From: Acidimicrobiales bacterium
Lineage (GTDB): Bacteria; Actinomycetota; Acidimicrobiia; Acidimicrobiales; GCA-2861595
Assembly (NCBI GenBank): GCA_035689115.1
Contig: DASSMA010000083.1
Span: forward strand, 1-48,636
Length of the DNA: 48,636 nt
Reading direction: 5' to 3'
Part shown: positions 1 to 9,000 of the stretch, one piece after another
How the letters are laid out: every line of letters begins with the position of its first letter
How positions within the stretch are numbered: the stretch's first letter is position 1
Notes under the pieces: generated by a model
Told to the model about the DNA's origin: nothing
Database searches by the model: none
Seen by the model: the letters and a program-made list of their open reading frames with translations, nothing else
Program-made: the position numbers and the translations under genes

Positions 1-235
1 GGCGTATCGTCTTCACCCGTCGGATGCCTTTCGGTGCGTGAGAATCGTTGGCTGTGAGAACCCCGATTCTGTTGCAGCGGAAGGCATTCGACGCGGATGG
101 TCACCTTCTCGAGCGCGGCCTACCTGCGGATCCAGGTCTGAGGAGCATCCATGCCACTGCCGCGCTGACCGCTCGGGGCAGGGCGCGTAGTTCCTCGGAT
201 CCATGTCTGTGGAGTGTTCGGGCGCGGGGGATGGG

Positions 236-799
236 CTACGCGAGACTCCGGAGGTAGTCGTCCGGCGAGGCGAGCGGTGCTGGCGGATAGGAGCGCCGGG
301 CGTAGTCGCGGTCGAATGGCAGTTCGTCGAGGGTGTCGGGGTCCCACATCGAGCACCGAGCGGCGAAGGGGTTGCCGGCGAAGACCAGGATGGCGGCGTT
401 GTTGGATCGCAACGGGTTCTGGGTGGCGTGGATCGTCTTCGCTCCCATGAGCGCGACAGCGCCGGCGTCGTAGTCGTGGCCGTTGGCGACGGCGAGCCCG
501 TGTGGCGTGCGCCGGTAGAAGGTGTCGCGTGACCGTCCGGCGTAGAGCGCGACGGCGCTCCAGCATCCGTGGTCGTGTGGCTTGAAGGAGAAGCTCGGGG
601 CGTTCACGGCCTGGAAGATCGTGAGGTCGTCGCTCACGTGGAGCAGCGTCATCTGCTGGCGACCGGCGGGCAGGGCGGCGTCCACCGCAGCCGGGTCGCG
701 GATCGCCCGTTCGAGTACCTCGCGCACGGCTGCTCGTGGGTCGGTCTCGGCGATGGCGCGCTGGCAGTCGACGACGAGCTGGTCGAGGTCGAGCCTCAC
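236..799 (-). CDS. Cupin-fold protein with a 3-His metal site (cysteine-dioxygenase-like). The GTG start overlaps the upstream stop as GTGA.
   Basis: Cupin motifs are present ('KPHDHGCW' and 'AKTIHATQNP'). The ORF-track N-terminus is an extension; GTG at 799..797 overlaps the TGA of the upstream NTF2 gene (798..796). Confidence 0.55.
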   Translation of the reverse strand: MRLDLDQLVVDCQRAIAETDPRAAVREVLERAIRDPAAVDAALPAGRQQMTLLHVSDDLTIFQAVNAPSFSFKPHDHGCWSAVALYAGRSRDTFYRRTPHGLAVANGHDYDAGAVALMGAKTIHATQNPLRSNNAAILVFAGNPFAARCSMWDPDTLDELPFDRDYARRSYPPAPLASPDDYLRSLA

Positions 800-1227
800 T
801 GGTTCGGCCCCTTGAGTTGTGCGATGGCGGCGCCGGCGTCGAGCCACACGTTCTCGCGGGCGATGCGGCCGTCCCGGAACTCGAAGACGTGGAGCACCCG
901 AATCGAGATGCGCCGGCCGTTGCCGGGGATGCCGAGGAAGTCGCCGACCACGGACGCTGTCCAGATCTTGTCGTCGACGACGAAGTCGTCCCCGTAGAGG
1001 CGACGCAGGACGTCGGCTCGTTCGCCTTTGACGTTGGTGAAGAGGTGGCCGTAACGCTCGCCGACTTCGGCTGGGCCGTGCAGCACGCCGGCGGGGTCGC
1101 CGACCACGTCGTGGACGACGTCGTCGGTGAAGGTCGCAAGGGTGCCGTCGACGTCGCCTTCGGCTTCTCGACGAAAGTGGTCCTCGATCAGCTGGTCGAT
1201 GGCGTTGCGGCTCATCGTGGTCGCCAT
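796..1227 (-). CDS. SnoaL/NTF2-like (ester cyclase / ketosteroid-isomerase-like) protein
   Basis: The 'MATTMSRNAIDQLIEDHFRREAEGDVDGTLATF...' N-terminus is typical of the SnoaL-like fold. The ATG at 1227 is preceded 6 nt upstream by AAGGAG; the longer ORF start at 1254 would leave only 31 nt to the divergent gene. Confidence 0.7.
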   Translation of the reverse strand: MATTMSRNAIDQLIEDHFRREAEGDVDGTLATFTDDVVHDVVGDPAGVLHGPAEVGERYGHLFTNVKGERADVLRRLYGDDFVVDDKIWTASVVGDFLGIPGNGRRISIRVLHVFEFRDGRIARENVWLDAGAAIAQLKGPNQ

Positions 1228-1285
1228 GACGTCTCCTTTGACTTTACCGATCATCTAACGACGATGGAGAGGGTAAACTGACGGA

Positions 1286-1942
1286 GTGGCCGACGTCAAC
1301 CCCCGCAAGGCGTACGCATCGCCGCTTCGTGAGCGGCAAGCGGCCTTGACCCGACGAGCCGTGCTCGATGCGGCACGCGAGCTGTTCGTCGACCGGGGCT
1401 ACACGGCGACGACGATCGACGCCATCGCCGACAGGGCGGGGGTGAGCAAGCCGACAGTCTTCAGCGCCGTCGGCAACAAGCAGACGCTCCTGAAGACGCT
1501 GCGAGACGTCGCCTTCACCGGCGACGAAGCCCCCGCCGCGGTACGGGACCGTCCGCACGTCGAGGCCATCCGAGCCGAACCGGACCGGCGACGTGCAGTC
1601 GAGCTCATCGCCAAGCACCTCACTGCGGTGGCAGGACGATACGCCGAGCTCCACGAGGTCCTGCGCGCCGCCGCGCACGGAAGCGACAAGGAGTTGCGCG
1701 ATCTATGGGAGGCCGAGCAGCGGGAGGGGTTGGCGGGCGCAGGCTTCTGGGTCGGGATCCTCGCCGAAAAGGGACCGCTGCCCGCCGGCATGGCGCGGCG
1801 CGCTGCGGTCGATGTCATGTGGCTCCTGATGACGCCCGACCATTACTACCGACTCGTCCACCAGCGTGGCTGGTCTCAGCGCAGGTACGAATCCTGGCTC
1901 GCCGACACCATCACACGGCTGCTCCTCGACGAGGGTTCCTGA
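1286..1942 (+). CDS. TetR/AcrR family transcriptional regulator
   Basis: An N-terminal HTH is present ('RRAVLDAARELFVDRGYTATTIDAIADRAGVSKPTVFSAVGNK'). The gene is divergent from the NTF2/cupin pair with about 58 nt between them. Confidence 0.85.
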   Translation: MADVNPRKAYASPLRERQAALTRRAVLDAARELFVDRGYTATTIDAIADRAGVSKPTVFSAVGNKQTLLKTLRDVAFTGDEAPAAVRDRPHVEAIRAEPDRRRAVELIAKHLTAVAGRYAELHEVLRAAAHGSDKELRDLWEAEQREGLAGAGFWVGILAEKGPLPAGMARRAAVDVMWLLMTPDHYYRLVHQRGWSQRRYESWLADTITRLLLDEGS

Positions 1943-2223
1943 CGACCGCGCGCCGACCGTCCGGGCCGTGAGCGGCGATGCTCAGATGCTGGTGCGGCAG
2001 GTTCGCCGAGCGCCAGTGGTGAGCACGACGATCTCGACGCGGCCGACCTCGTTGCTCGATCATGATGCGAGCGGCCGACTGCCAGCCGGAGCACGGCGCT
2101 GTCGTCGTTGGAGCCCCCTGGCCGGGCCCCGGCGCGACGGAATTGGGGGTTGTACCCTCTTGTGGCATGAGGCCCCCGGGAAGGTCCCGCCCGCCCAAGG
2201 CGCTTTCCCCCGTGGAGGCGTCG

Positions 2224-2814
2224 ATGGTCGCCTCCTACGAGTTGACCCAATGGATTCGGAGCGGGCGAGGTCTTCTCCCCGTGCAGGTCCCCATGATGTT
2301 GGGCGCAGGTGAGGTGGCGTACGCAGTCTCGTCGGCGCAGGTGCTCCAGCGAACGGCGGAGACGGTGAACTACCAGCACTCGTCGATGTTCGCCTTCGGG
2401 AGGCCGGCATTCATGGTGGGCGCCTTCGCCGCCAACGCCATGATGAACCGCAGCGCCCGTCAGCGCGCCGAGCGCGCAGCCGCCGCCCAGTGGCGCTGGC
2501 GCGATTCGGGCCACCTGTTCCTGACCAACCAGCGGCTGGCGCTTCAGGGTTCGTTGTCCTGGGCTGACTTCTGGTTCGGCGCGCTGCGGTCGGTGAACAC
2601 GGACCACCTCTCCCTCATGATGTACCTCGACGGATGCCCACCCACGGCGCTTCGCTGCCCGAGCCCCGGGTGGTGGTACGTCGCGCTGCATTGGCTCATC
2701 TACGGTTCAGTGCCTTCCATATCGGTGCCGGCGGACCTCCTCGAGCGAGCGGCTGCGATCCGGGATGCCGCCAACGGGAACGTTCTCGAACGTCCGCGAC
2801 CGACCGAGGGCTAG
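2224..2814 (+). CDS. Hypothetical protein
   Basis: The composition is protein-like ('MVASYELTQWIRSGRGLLPVQVPMMLGAGEVAYAV...WADFWFGALRSV'). The ATG at 2224 is preceded by GGAGG; the upstream part of ORF 2062 looks like GC-driven noise. Confidence 0.5.
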   Translation: MVASYELTQWIRSGRGLLPVQVPMMLGAGEVAYAVSSAQVLQRTAETVNYQHSSMFAFGRPAFMVGAFAANAMMNRSARQRAERAAAAQWRWRDSGHLFLTNQRLALQGSLSWADFWFGALRSVNTDHLSLMMYLDGCPPTALRCPSPGWWYVALHWLIYGSVPSISVPADLLERAAAIRDAANGNVLERPRPTEG

Positions 2815-3024
2815 AGCGACGGCCTTGCGAGGCCCGGACCGGAGAGATCGCCCGGATGCCGGTGCCACCTTCCCTCGATCGAGCCAGTGCTCAGCCGGAC
2901 AGGCCGGCAACGACGTCCGCCGCGGATTGCGAGCTCGGCGCCAACAGGGACAGACGTACTTGGAAGGCTGGGTATCCCGGAGACACCCCGGGCAGACGTC
3001 GGTGAGGATCTCGCCGAACGTCAC
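2707..3024 (-). CDS. Small Cys-rich (CPGC...CPC) hypothetical protein. The gene model is doubtful.
   Basis: The GTG at 3024..3022 overlaps the TGA of upstream ORF 3021..4307 as GTGA, and the first ~30 codons have high GC3. However the C-terminal half is Arg-rich and low-complexity, and the ORF overlaps the convergent gene 2224..2814 by ~108 nt. Confidence 0.2.
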   Translation of the reverse strand: MTFGEILTDVCPGCLRDTQPSKYVCPCWRRARNPRRTSLPACPAEHWLDRGKVAPASGRSLRSGPRKAVALALGRSRTFENVPVGGIPDRSRSLEEVRRHRYGRH

Positions 3025-3683
3025 GATGGCCGCTTCTCGGGGTCGGCGCCACGGACTCGCTGAGGGCGGCGGCTGCGGCCGGCAAGAGCCTCACGTCGAC
3101 GCGAGGATGGCCCCCTCGTCCGTGTGCGGCCCGCGTCGCCGCCCTGGTACCGGTCGGTGGGCACGGGCGCCTCGCTGGCACCGGCGACGGGCCGGATCTG
3201 GAGCGACGACGACGAACCTGCTGCCGGCGCCGGGAGCGACTCGGCGTTGCCGATTTCGCGAGGTGCCAGGCACCCGGGCCTCTCGGCACATGGCCGGAGA
3301 GGCACCTGCGCCGGGTCCTCGGTGGACGGCGGCTCGACCTTCACCTCGGTGCCGAAGTCGTGGAAGTCGGTGAGGGCGTCCAGCCGGACGGGTATGCCGT
3401 CGCCGTCGATTTGGGAGTACGGGATGGTCTTCGAAGGCGGCGGATCACCCGGTGGTGGTCCACCCACAAGCTCGAGGGCCACGTCGTCGAACGGCAGCAC
3501 GGGCTCCGGCAGCCCGACCTCGTAGTGGTCCGTCGCCACTCCCCGCACGCTCGCGCGACCGGCAGGCCCCAGTTGCGCGCCGTCGGTGCGGAGCGCACGC
3601 AGGACGACGGCCGGGTCGAGAATCTCGCGAGGGAACGCCGGCGAGCCGGAGTGCAACCAGCCTCCCTTGCCCCCGTGGAGCAT
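3021..3683 (-). CDS. Hypothetical protein of uncertain start, downstream of the RDD gene
   Basis: Only the part from about 'VEPVWVGADVWTRMLHGGKGGWLHSGSPAFPREILDPAVVLRALRTDGAQ...' has coding-like GC3. The first ATG is at 3683; GTGs at 3713 and 3776 are alternatives. The C-terminus is low-complexity. Confidence 0.35.
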   Translation of the reverse strand: MLHGGKGGWLHSGSPAFPREILDPAVVLRALRTDGAQLGPAGRASVRGVATDHYEVGLPEPVLPFDDVALELVGGPPPGDPPPSKTIPYSQIDGDGIPVRLDALTDFHDFGTEVKVEPPSTEDPAQVPLRPCAERPGCLAPREIGNAESLPAPAAGSSSSLQIRPVAGASEAPVPTDRYQGGDAGRTRTRGPSSRRREALAGRSRRPQRVRGADPEKRPS

Positions 3684-3904
3684 GCGCGTCCAGACATCCG
3701 CGCCGACCCACACCGGCTCGACGGGCGGCGATCCGCCGGTATTCGCCGCCCAGCCCCTGCGGCGCGCCAGGTCGACGGCCCTCGGTGGTGCCCTGGCCGA
3801 GGAGGCGAGCCTGCGAGCCTGCCATGTCGATGCGGAACCGGACCGGCCATCCGGAACTCTTCGTCGCCTCGGTCGCGTTGGCCACGCCTCGTCGACCGTC
3901 GCGT

Positions 3905-4756
3905 TCAGCGGTGTCCCGCCCGGGCCGGCGTCCGGTCCTCCGCCAACACCACCAGCGTCGCTGCCGCCCTGTCGTGCAGCCCCTGGCGCACCGGGCTGCT
4001 GGTGATGGGCAGGTAGACGGCGATCGTCCAGACCAGTTCCAGGGGCCCCAGAGCCCGGTCGAGGGGAGGGACGAGCAGCACGAGCAGGCCGGGACCGGCG
4101 GGCACCACCCATCGGATCGCCGCCCGCCGCCAGCCAGGGACGGCGTGGTCGGCGGCTCCGACGATCTTCGTCCCTGCCGCCACCTTGCCGGGCGTGCGGC
4201 CGCGGAGGGCGACGGGGACGATGTGGTAGAGCGCCACCCAGGCGGTCAGCACCAGCTGAGGCGCGACCGCCTGCCGGTCTCGGTGGAAGACGCCGACGTA
4301 GGTCCACAACCAGACCAGTCCGAGGATGATGCTGTCGACCACATAGCCGGCGAGCCGCCGGCCGGGTTCGGCCAGCGCCGGCGAGTCCGGTGCATCGACC
4401 GAGGGAGGCGGCGTCGTGTCGGGCTCGTCCTGCAGCGTACCGGTGGCCGGGACGGCCTTTGCCTCGTCGACGACTGCGTCGACCTCAGCTTCGTGCGAGT
4501 GGGGGACGACGAGGCGGCCACTGTCCCAGACCTGTGGGATCTCGGCGCCCCGCAGGACGAGCTCGACCCTGGTCCGACGCTCGGCCGGCCAGTCCGCAAG
4601 GTCGTACTCGACGACCTCGTGGTCGCCGTCCCGGGCGACTGGGCTCGGTCGCTCGGTCACCAGCGCCACCCCGCAGTCGGCGCACGTGTCGAACGCCGGC
4701 CGGTACTCCGCCCCGCACTGGGGGCACCATCGACCTCCCGCGTCGAGCGTGTTCAC
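3905..4756 (-). CDS. RDD-family membrane protein with an N-terminal zinc-ribbon
   Basis: 'RWCPQCGAEYRPAFDTCADCG' is a CxxC...CxxC ribbon. The C-terminal 'YVVDSIILGLVWLW...' is an RDD-type transmembrane module. Start is GTG. Confidence 0.75.
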   Translation of the reverse strand: MNTLDAGGRWCPQCGAEYRPAFDTCADCGVALVTERPSPVARDGDHEVVEYDLADWPAERRTRVELVLRGAEIPQVWDSGRLVVPHSHEAEVDAVVDEAKAVPATGTLQDEPDTTPPPSVDAPDSPALAEPGRRLAGYVVDSIILGLVWLWTYVGVFHRDRQAVAPQLVLTAWVALYHIVPVALRGRTPGKVAAGTKIVGAADHAVPGWRRAAIRWVVPAGPGLLVLLVPPLDRALGPLELVWTIAVYLPITSSPVRQGLHDRAAATLVVLAEDRTPARAGHR

Positions 4757-4805
4757 CGTCCAAGAGGATGCCCGATCTGGCGGGGGCCGCGCTCGCTCCG
4801 CGGGC

Positions 4806-6581
4806 CTAATGACCCGGTTTCCGCCCCCTCCGCGAGCGCGCCACTCGCCCGATGGTCACCGGGGACAGCCGGGGTGGGATCCAGGGCGGCCTCGGTGTGG
4901 CCAGACGGTCGAGGGCGGTGGCGACCATCCAGTGGTGTCCCTGGGCGGCGTCGCAGCCGAGGGCGGTGAGGCAGGCGGCCTCGTCGGCGGTCTCGACGCC
5001 CTCGGCGACGGCCAGCATGTCGAGGGAGTGGGCGAGGTCGATCACCGCCGACAGCACGGCCTGCTTCCGGGGGTCGTGGTCGAGGCCGGTCACGAAGGCC
5101 CGGTCCAGCTTCAGCACGTCGACCGGCAGGTCGAGCAGCTTGGCCAGTGCCGAATAGCCGGTGCCGAAGTCGTCGACGCAGATGCGGATACCCCGCTCAC
5201 GGAGCATCCCGAGGAGGCGCGCCGCCGGCTCGAGGTTCATGAAGGCGCTCTCGGTGACCTCCAGCCAGAGGCTCCCCGGCTGCAGCCCGGTCTGGAGCAG
5301 GAGGCTGTCCACCATGGGCAGCAGGTCGGCGCCGAGGAGCTGCCGGGGCGCCACGTTGACCGACACCACGGCGTCGCCCACACCGAGTGCCGCCTGCAAG
5401 TCGGCGTGGTCGTGGCAGGCCTGCTGCAGGACCCAGCCCCCGAGCCGGGAGATCAGGTCTGCGTCCTCGGCCACGGCGATGAACTCCCCCGGGAACAGCA
5501 GCCCCCGGGAGGGGTGGTGCCAGCGGAGGAGGGCTTCGACCCCGAGCGGGCCACCGGTGGCGAGGTCGACGATCGACTGGTAGGCCAGGCCGAACTCGTC
5601 CCGGTTGAGGGCCCGCTGGAGGTCGTGCTCCATGTCGAGCCTGATCAGGGTCCGGTCCCGCAGGGTCTCGTCGAACACCTCGACCCGGTTGCGGCCCAGT
5701 TCCTTGGCGGCGTAGAGGGCCATGTCGGCGTTGCGGAGAAGCGCCTGCGGCTCTTCGAGCCCCCAGGAGAGCGCCACGCCGACGCTCGTGGCCGCGAAGA
5801 TCTCCCTGCCCGCCAGCCGGATGGGTTCGGCCAGGATGCCCCTGATGCGTTCGGCGAGGGCCCGCGCGTGCTCGACGCCGTCGATGCCCTCGCACAGGAC
5901 CAAGAACTCGTCGCCGCCGAGGCGGCCGGCCGTGTCACCGCCCCGGAGGGTGGAGGTCAGCCTGGCGGACATGGCGACCAGGAGCTGATCGCCGGCCTCG
6001 TGGCCCAGGCTGTCGTTGATCAGCTTGAAGCGGTCGACGTCGAGGAACAGCAGGCCGACCGCGCTGGGCTGGCGGGCCGTCCGCGCCAGCGCGACGCCGA
6101 GCCGGTCGAGGATGAGTGTCCGGTTGGGGAGGCCGGTCAGCGGGTCGTGGAGGGCCTGGTGGGCGAGGAGGAGCTGGCCGCGCTTGCGCTCGACGGCGTA
6201 GCGGACGGCCCGGGCCAGGAGGCTCCCGTCCAGCTGGTTCTTGAGGAGGTAGTCCTGGGCGCCCGCCTGCAGGGCCTGCAGCGCCAGGTCGGTGTCGTCC
6301 CGCCCGGTGATGACCACGACGGCGAGCTCCGGATCGTGCGCCTGGATCCGGGCCAGGCCGTCGAGGCGATCGGCGTCGGGCAGGGACAGATCGAGGATCA
6401 CGCAGTTGTGGACCCGGTTGTCGAGCACCTCGTACACGTCGGCGATGCGCTCGACGTGGGTCAGCAGCAGGTCGCCGCCCACCCAGGCGCGACGCAACAG
6501 CTCGGCGACGAGGCGGGCGTCGACCGGGGAGTCCTCGACGAGCAGGACCCCTTCGCCAACGGCCCCCGTCGCCGTTATCAC
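4806..6581 (-). CDS. Response-regulator receiver fused to GGDEF and EAL domains (diguanylate cyclase / phosphodiesterase)
   Basis: The REC domain reads 'VLLVEDSPVDARL...ILDLSLPD'; the GGDEF motif is intact ('RLGGDEFLVL'); the EAL domain is present ('GVEALLRW', 'EVTES'). The GTG at 6581..6579 overlaps the TGA of the receiver gene as GTGA. The ORF-track N-terminus up to 7232 is an out-of-frame shadow of the upstream gene. Confidence 0.9.
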   Translation of the reverse strand: MITATGAVGEGVLLVEDSPVDARLVAELLRRAWVGGDLLLTHVERIADVYEVLDNRVHNCVILDLSLPDADRLDGLARIQAHDPELAVVVITGRDDTDLALQALQAGAQDYLLKNQLDGSLLARAVRYAVERKRGQLLLAHQALHDPLTGLPNRTLILDRLGVALARTARQPSAVGLLFLDVDRFKLINDSLGHEAGDQLLVAMSARLTSTLRGGDTAGRLGGDEFLVLCEGIDGVEHARALAERIRGILAEPIRLAGREIFAATSVGVALSWGLEEPQALLRNADMALYAAKELGRNRVEVFDETLRDRTLIRLDMEHDLQRALNRDEFGLAYQSIVDLATGGPLGVEALLRWHHPSRGLLFPGEFIAVAEDADLISRLGGWVLQQACHDHADLQAALGVGDAVVSVNVAPRQLLGADLLPMVDSLLLQTGLQPGSLWLEVTESAFMNLEPAARLLGMLRERGIRICVDDFGTGYSALAKLLDLPVDVLKLDRAFVTGLDHDPRKQAVLSAVIDLAHSLDMLAVAEGVETADEAACLTALGCDAAQGHHWMVATALDRLATPRPPWIPPRLSPVTIGRVARSRRGRKPGH

Positions 6582-7036
6582 GTCACCGGCTCGGAGACGT
6601 CCCGGGGAAGCTCGACCACCTGGAGCCAGAACGCCTCGATCTTGCCGACGATCTCGACCAGCGCCCGGAAGTCGACGGGCTTGACGACGTAGCAGTTGGC
6701 GTGGAGGTTGTAGGCCCGCAGGATGTCCTCCTCCGCCTTCGACGTGGTGAGGATCACGACCGGGATGGCGCTGAGCACCGCGTCGAGGCGGATCGCCTCG
6801 AGCACCTCGTGGCCGGAGCGGCCGGGCAGGTTCAGGTCGAGGAGCACGAGGTCGGGCGGTGGCGTCCCGTCGTACTCGCCCCGCCCGTGGAGAGCGTCCA
6901 GCGCCAGGTCGGCGTCGCCGGCCACGACCAGCTGGTTGGCCACCTTGGAGCGCTGGAGCGCTTCCCGGGTGAGGCGGACGTCGCCCGGGCTGTCCTCCAC
7001 CAGGAGTATCCGGACGGCCCGGTGCGTGGCCGTCAC
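6578..7036 (-). CDS. Stand-alone response-regulator receiver (CheY-like)
   Basis: 'VRILLVEDSPGDVRLTREAL...LVLLDLNLPGRSGHEVLEAIR...VVILTTSKAEEDILRAYNLHANCYVVKP' is a receiver domain. The GTG at 7036 overlaps the histidine-kinase stop as GTGA. Confidence 0.85.
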   Translation of the reverse strand: MTATHRAVRILLVEDSPGDVRLTREALQRSKVANQLVVAGDADLALDALHGRGEYDGTPPPDLVLLDLNLPGRSGHEVLEAIRLDAVLSAIPVVILTTSKAEEDILRAYNLHANCYVVKPVDFRALVEIVGKIEAFWLQVVELPRDVSEPVT

Positions 7037-9000
7037 TGCTCCCACTCCACCGGAATCGTGAACCAGAAGGTCGCACCTCCGCCGGGCGTCGCCTCCACCC
7101 CGACGTGTCCGCCCCGCTGCTCGACCACCTTCTTGCAGATGGCCAGGCCCATGCCCGTGCCCGGGTACTCCGTCCGCCGCTGCAGGCGTTGGAACATCCC
7201 GAACACCCGCTCCCGGTAGGCGGGGTCGACACCGATGCCGTGGTCCTCGACCTCGAACCGCCACCCGCCCGGGACCCCGGTGGCGGACAGGCGCACCTCG
7301 GGTTCGACGCCGGGAAGGGTGAACTTCACGGCGTTGGCGACGAGGTTGTGGAGGACCTGGCGGGCCGGAACGGCGGCCCACGTGACCGACGGCAGCGGGT
7401 CGACGCGTACGCAGGTGCCCGGCTCGACGCCGGCCAGACCGGCGAGCACGTCGGCCGCCAGCTCCTCCATGTCGACCACCTCCGTGGCTTCGTGCTGCCC
7501 CGCCCGGGAGTACTCGAGCAGGTCGGCGACGAGCGCCTGCATGCGCTCGACTCCCGAGGTGATGAAGTCGAGATACTCGCGCCCGGGGCCGTCGAGCCGG
7601 GCGGCGTAGTCCTCCGCCAGGAGGCGGGCGAACCCGCTCACCACCCGGAGGGGCTCGCCCAGGTCGTGGGACGCCACGTAGGCCAGCTCGGCGAGGTCGT
7701 GGTTCGACCGCTCCAGTTCGCGGTTGCGCCGCTGGAGCTCGGCCTGGGCGGCTCGGCTCTCGCTCACGTCCCGCAGGATCACGGTGAACGTCGTCTGCCC
7801 GTCAGACGCCAGCTTGGAGATCGAGGCCTCGGCGGGGAACAGGGAGCCGTCGCGCCGGCGTCCCTGGATCCCGCCGCGACGGACACCCATGGGTCGGGCC
7901 ACGTCGGCGGCCGCCGCGAACTCCTCGACGTGGCGGCGGTGGACGTCGCCCAACGCCGCCGGGAGCAGCACGTCCAGGGGTTCACCCGTCACGTCGTCGG
8001 CGTCCCACCCGAAGATCCGTTCCGCGCCCTGGTTGAACTGGACGATGCGCTGCTGCTCGTCGACGCTGATGATGGCGTCCACCGCCAGGTCGACGAGGGC
8101 CGCCAACCGGGCTTCGGTGGTGCGGGCGAGCTGTTCGAGCTGGCGCTGGCGGCTGAGGTCGCGGATGACCGCCGAGGCGCCCACCACCGCTCCGGTCGCG
8201 TCGCGGACCGGCGATGCCGTGAGCGCCACCGCCACGAGCCGGCCGTCCTTGCGGAGGCGGACCGTGTCGAGGTCGTCGACCCGCTGGCCGGACCGGACCC
8301 GGGCGGTGACGCCGGCCAGTTCGCCTTCCCGTTCCGGCGGGACGATCACGCCGATGTTGTGGCCGACCACCTCGGGCTCGGACCATCCGAAGACGTGCTG
8401 GGCGCCGGCGTTCCAGCTGCGGATCGTCCCGTCGAGGTCCGTGCTCATCACCGCCACCGTCGTGGACCGGACGAGGGCCCCGAACTCGGCCAGGCGGTCC
8501 CGGGCCCGAACCAGTTCCGGGTGCGCGGCCCCCCCGCCGTCGTCGTCCCCGGGGAGGGAAGGCGGCGCCCCCGCCAGCCGGGCTGCCGGTGCGGGGCCTC
8601 CCTCGGGCGGCGGCGGAGCCAGGAGCTCCAGCATCCGCTCCGGCGTGGCGGTCTTCTCGATGTAGCCGTCGGCCCCCAGCGAGGCGACCTCGGCCGACAT
8701 CCGCGAGGCGGCGAAGCCCGACAGCACGACGACCCTGGCGGCGTTGGCCACTTCCTTGATGCGGGGGAGCGCCTCCAAGCCGTCCATGACCGGCATCGCC
8801 AGATCGAGAAGGACCAGGTCGGGCTGGAGGCGGTCGGCCAGCACGACGGCCTCCGCACCGTCCTCTGCCTCGCCGATCACGGTGAAGCGGCCGGTGCGTT
8901 CCAGCATCTTCCGCAGCAGCGTCCGGAGCCCGGAGGCGTCGTCGACGACGAGGACGCGGGTCGCGGTCGCCGGGGGGGCCTCGCCGAGGGTCGCGGTCAC
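7033..9000 (-). CDS. Hybrid sensor histidine kinase: N-terminal receiver, two PAS/PAC domains, HisKA, HATPase_c
   Basis: The REC domain reads 'RVLVVDDASG...LVLLDLAMPVMDG'. The H-box is 'ELAYVASHDLGEPLR', and the ATPase G-boxes are present ('HGIGVDPAY', 'GTGMGLAICK'). No transmembrane segment, so it is soluble. The GTG at 9000 overlaps the upstream stop as GTGA. Confidence 0.9.
   Translation of the reverse strand: MTATLGEAPPATATRVLVVDDASGLRTLLRKMLERTGRFTVIGEAEDGAEAVVLADRLQPDLVLLDLAMPVMDGLEALPRIKEVANAARVVVLSGFAASRMSAEVASLGADGYIEKTATPERMLELLAPPPPEGGPAPAARLAGAPPSLPGDDDGGGAAHPELVRARDRLAEFGALVRSTTVAVMSTDLDGTIRSWNAGAQHVFGWSEPEVVGHNIGVIVPPEREGELAGVTARVRSGQRVDDLDTVRLRKDGRLVAVALTASPVRDATGAVVGASAVIRDLSRQRQLEQLARTTEARLAALVDLAVDAIISVDEQQRIVQFNQGAERIFGWDADDVTGEPLDVLLPAALGDVHRRHVEEFAAAADVARPMGVRRGGIQGRRRDGSLFPAEASISKLASDGQTTFTVILRDVSESRAAQAELQRRNRELERSNHDLAELAYVASHDLGEPLRVVSGFARLLAEDYAARLDGPGREYLDFITSGVERMQALVADLLEYSRAGQHEATEVVDMEELAADVLAGLAGVEPGTCVRVDPLPSVTWAAVPARQVLHNLVANAVKFTLPGVEPEVRLSATGVPGGWRFEVEDHGIGVDPAYRERVFGMFQRLQRRTEYPGTGMGLAICKKVVEQRGGHVGVEATPGGGATFWFTIPVEWEQ

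Noticed and set aside
1-235. Possible partial gene at the left edge (minus-strand ORF 13..204).
   Set aside because: It is short, lower in GC, and has no recognisable signature, so it is most likely intergenic or 3'-UTR.
120-1139. 339-aa minus-strand ORF and the other overlapping ORFs at the window start.
   Set aside because: It is out of frame with the recognisable NTF2-like and cupin genes that occupy the same DNA, and its sequence is Arg/Ser/Thr-rich noise.
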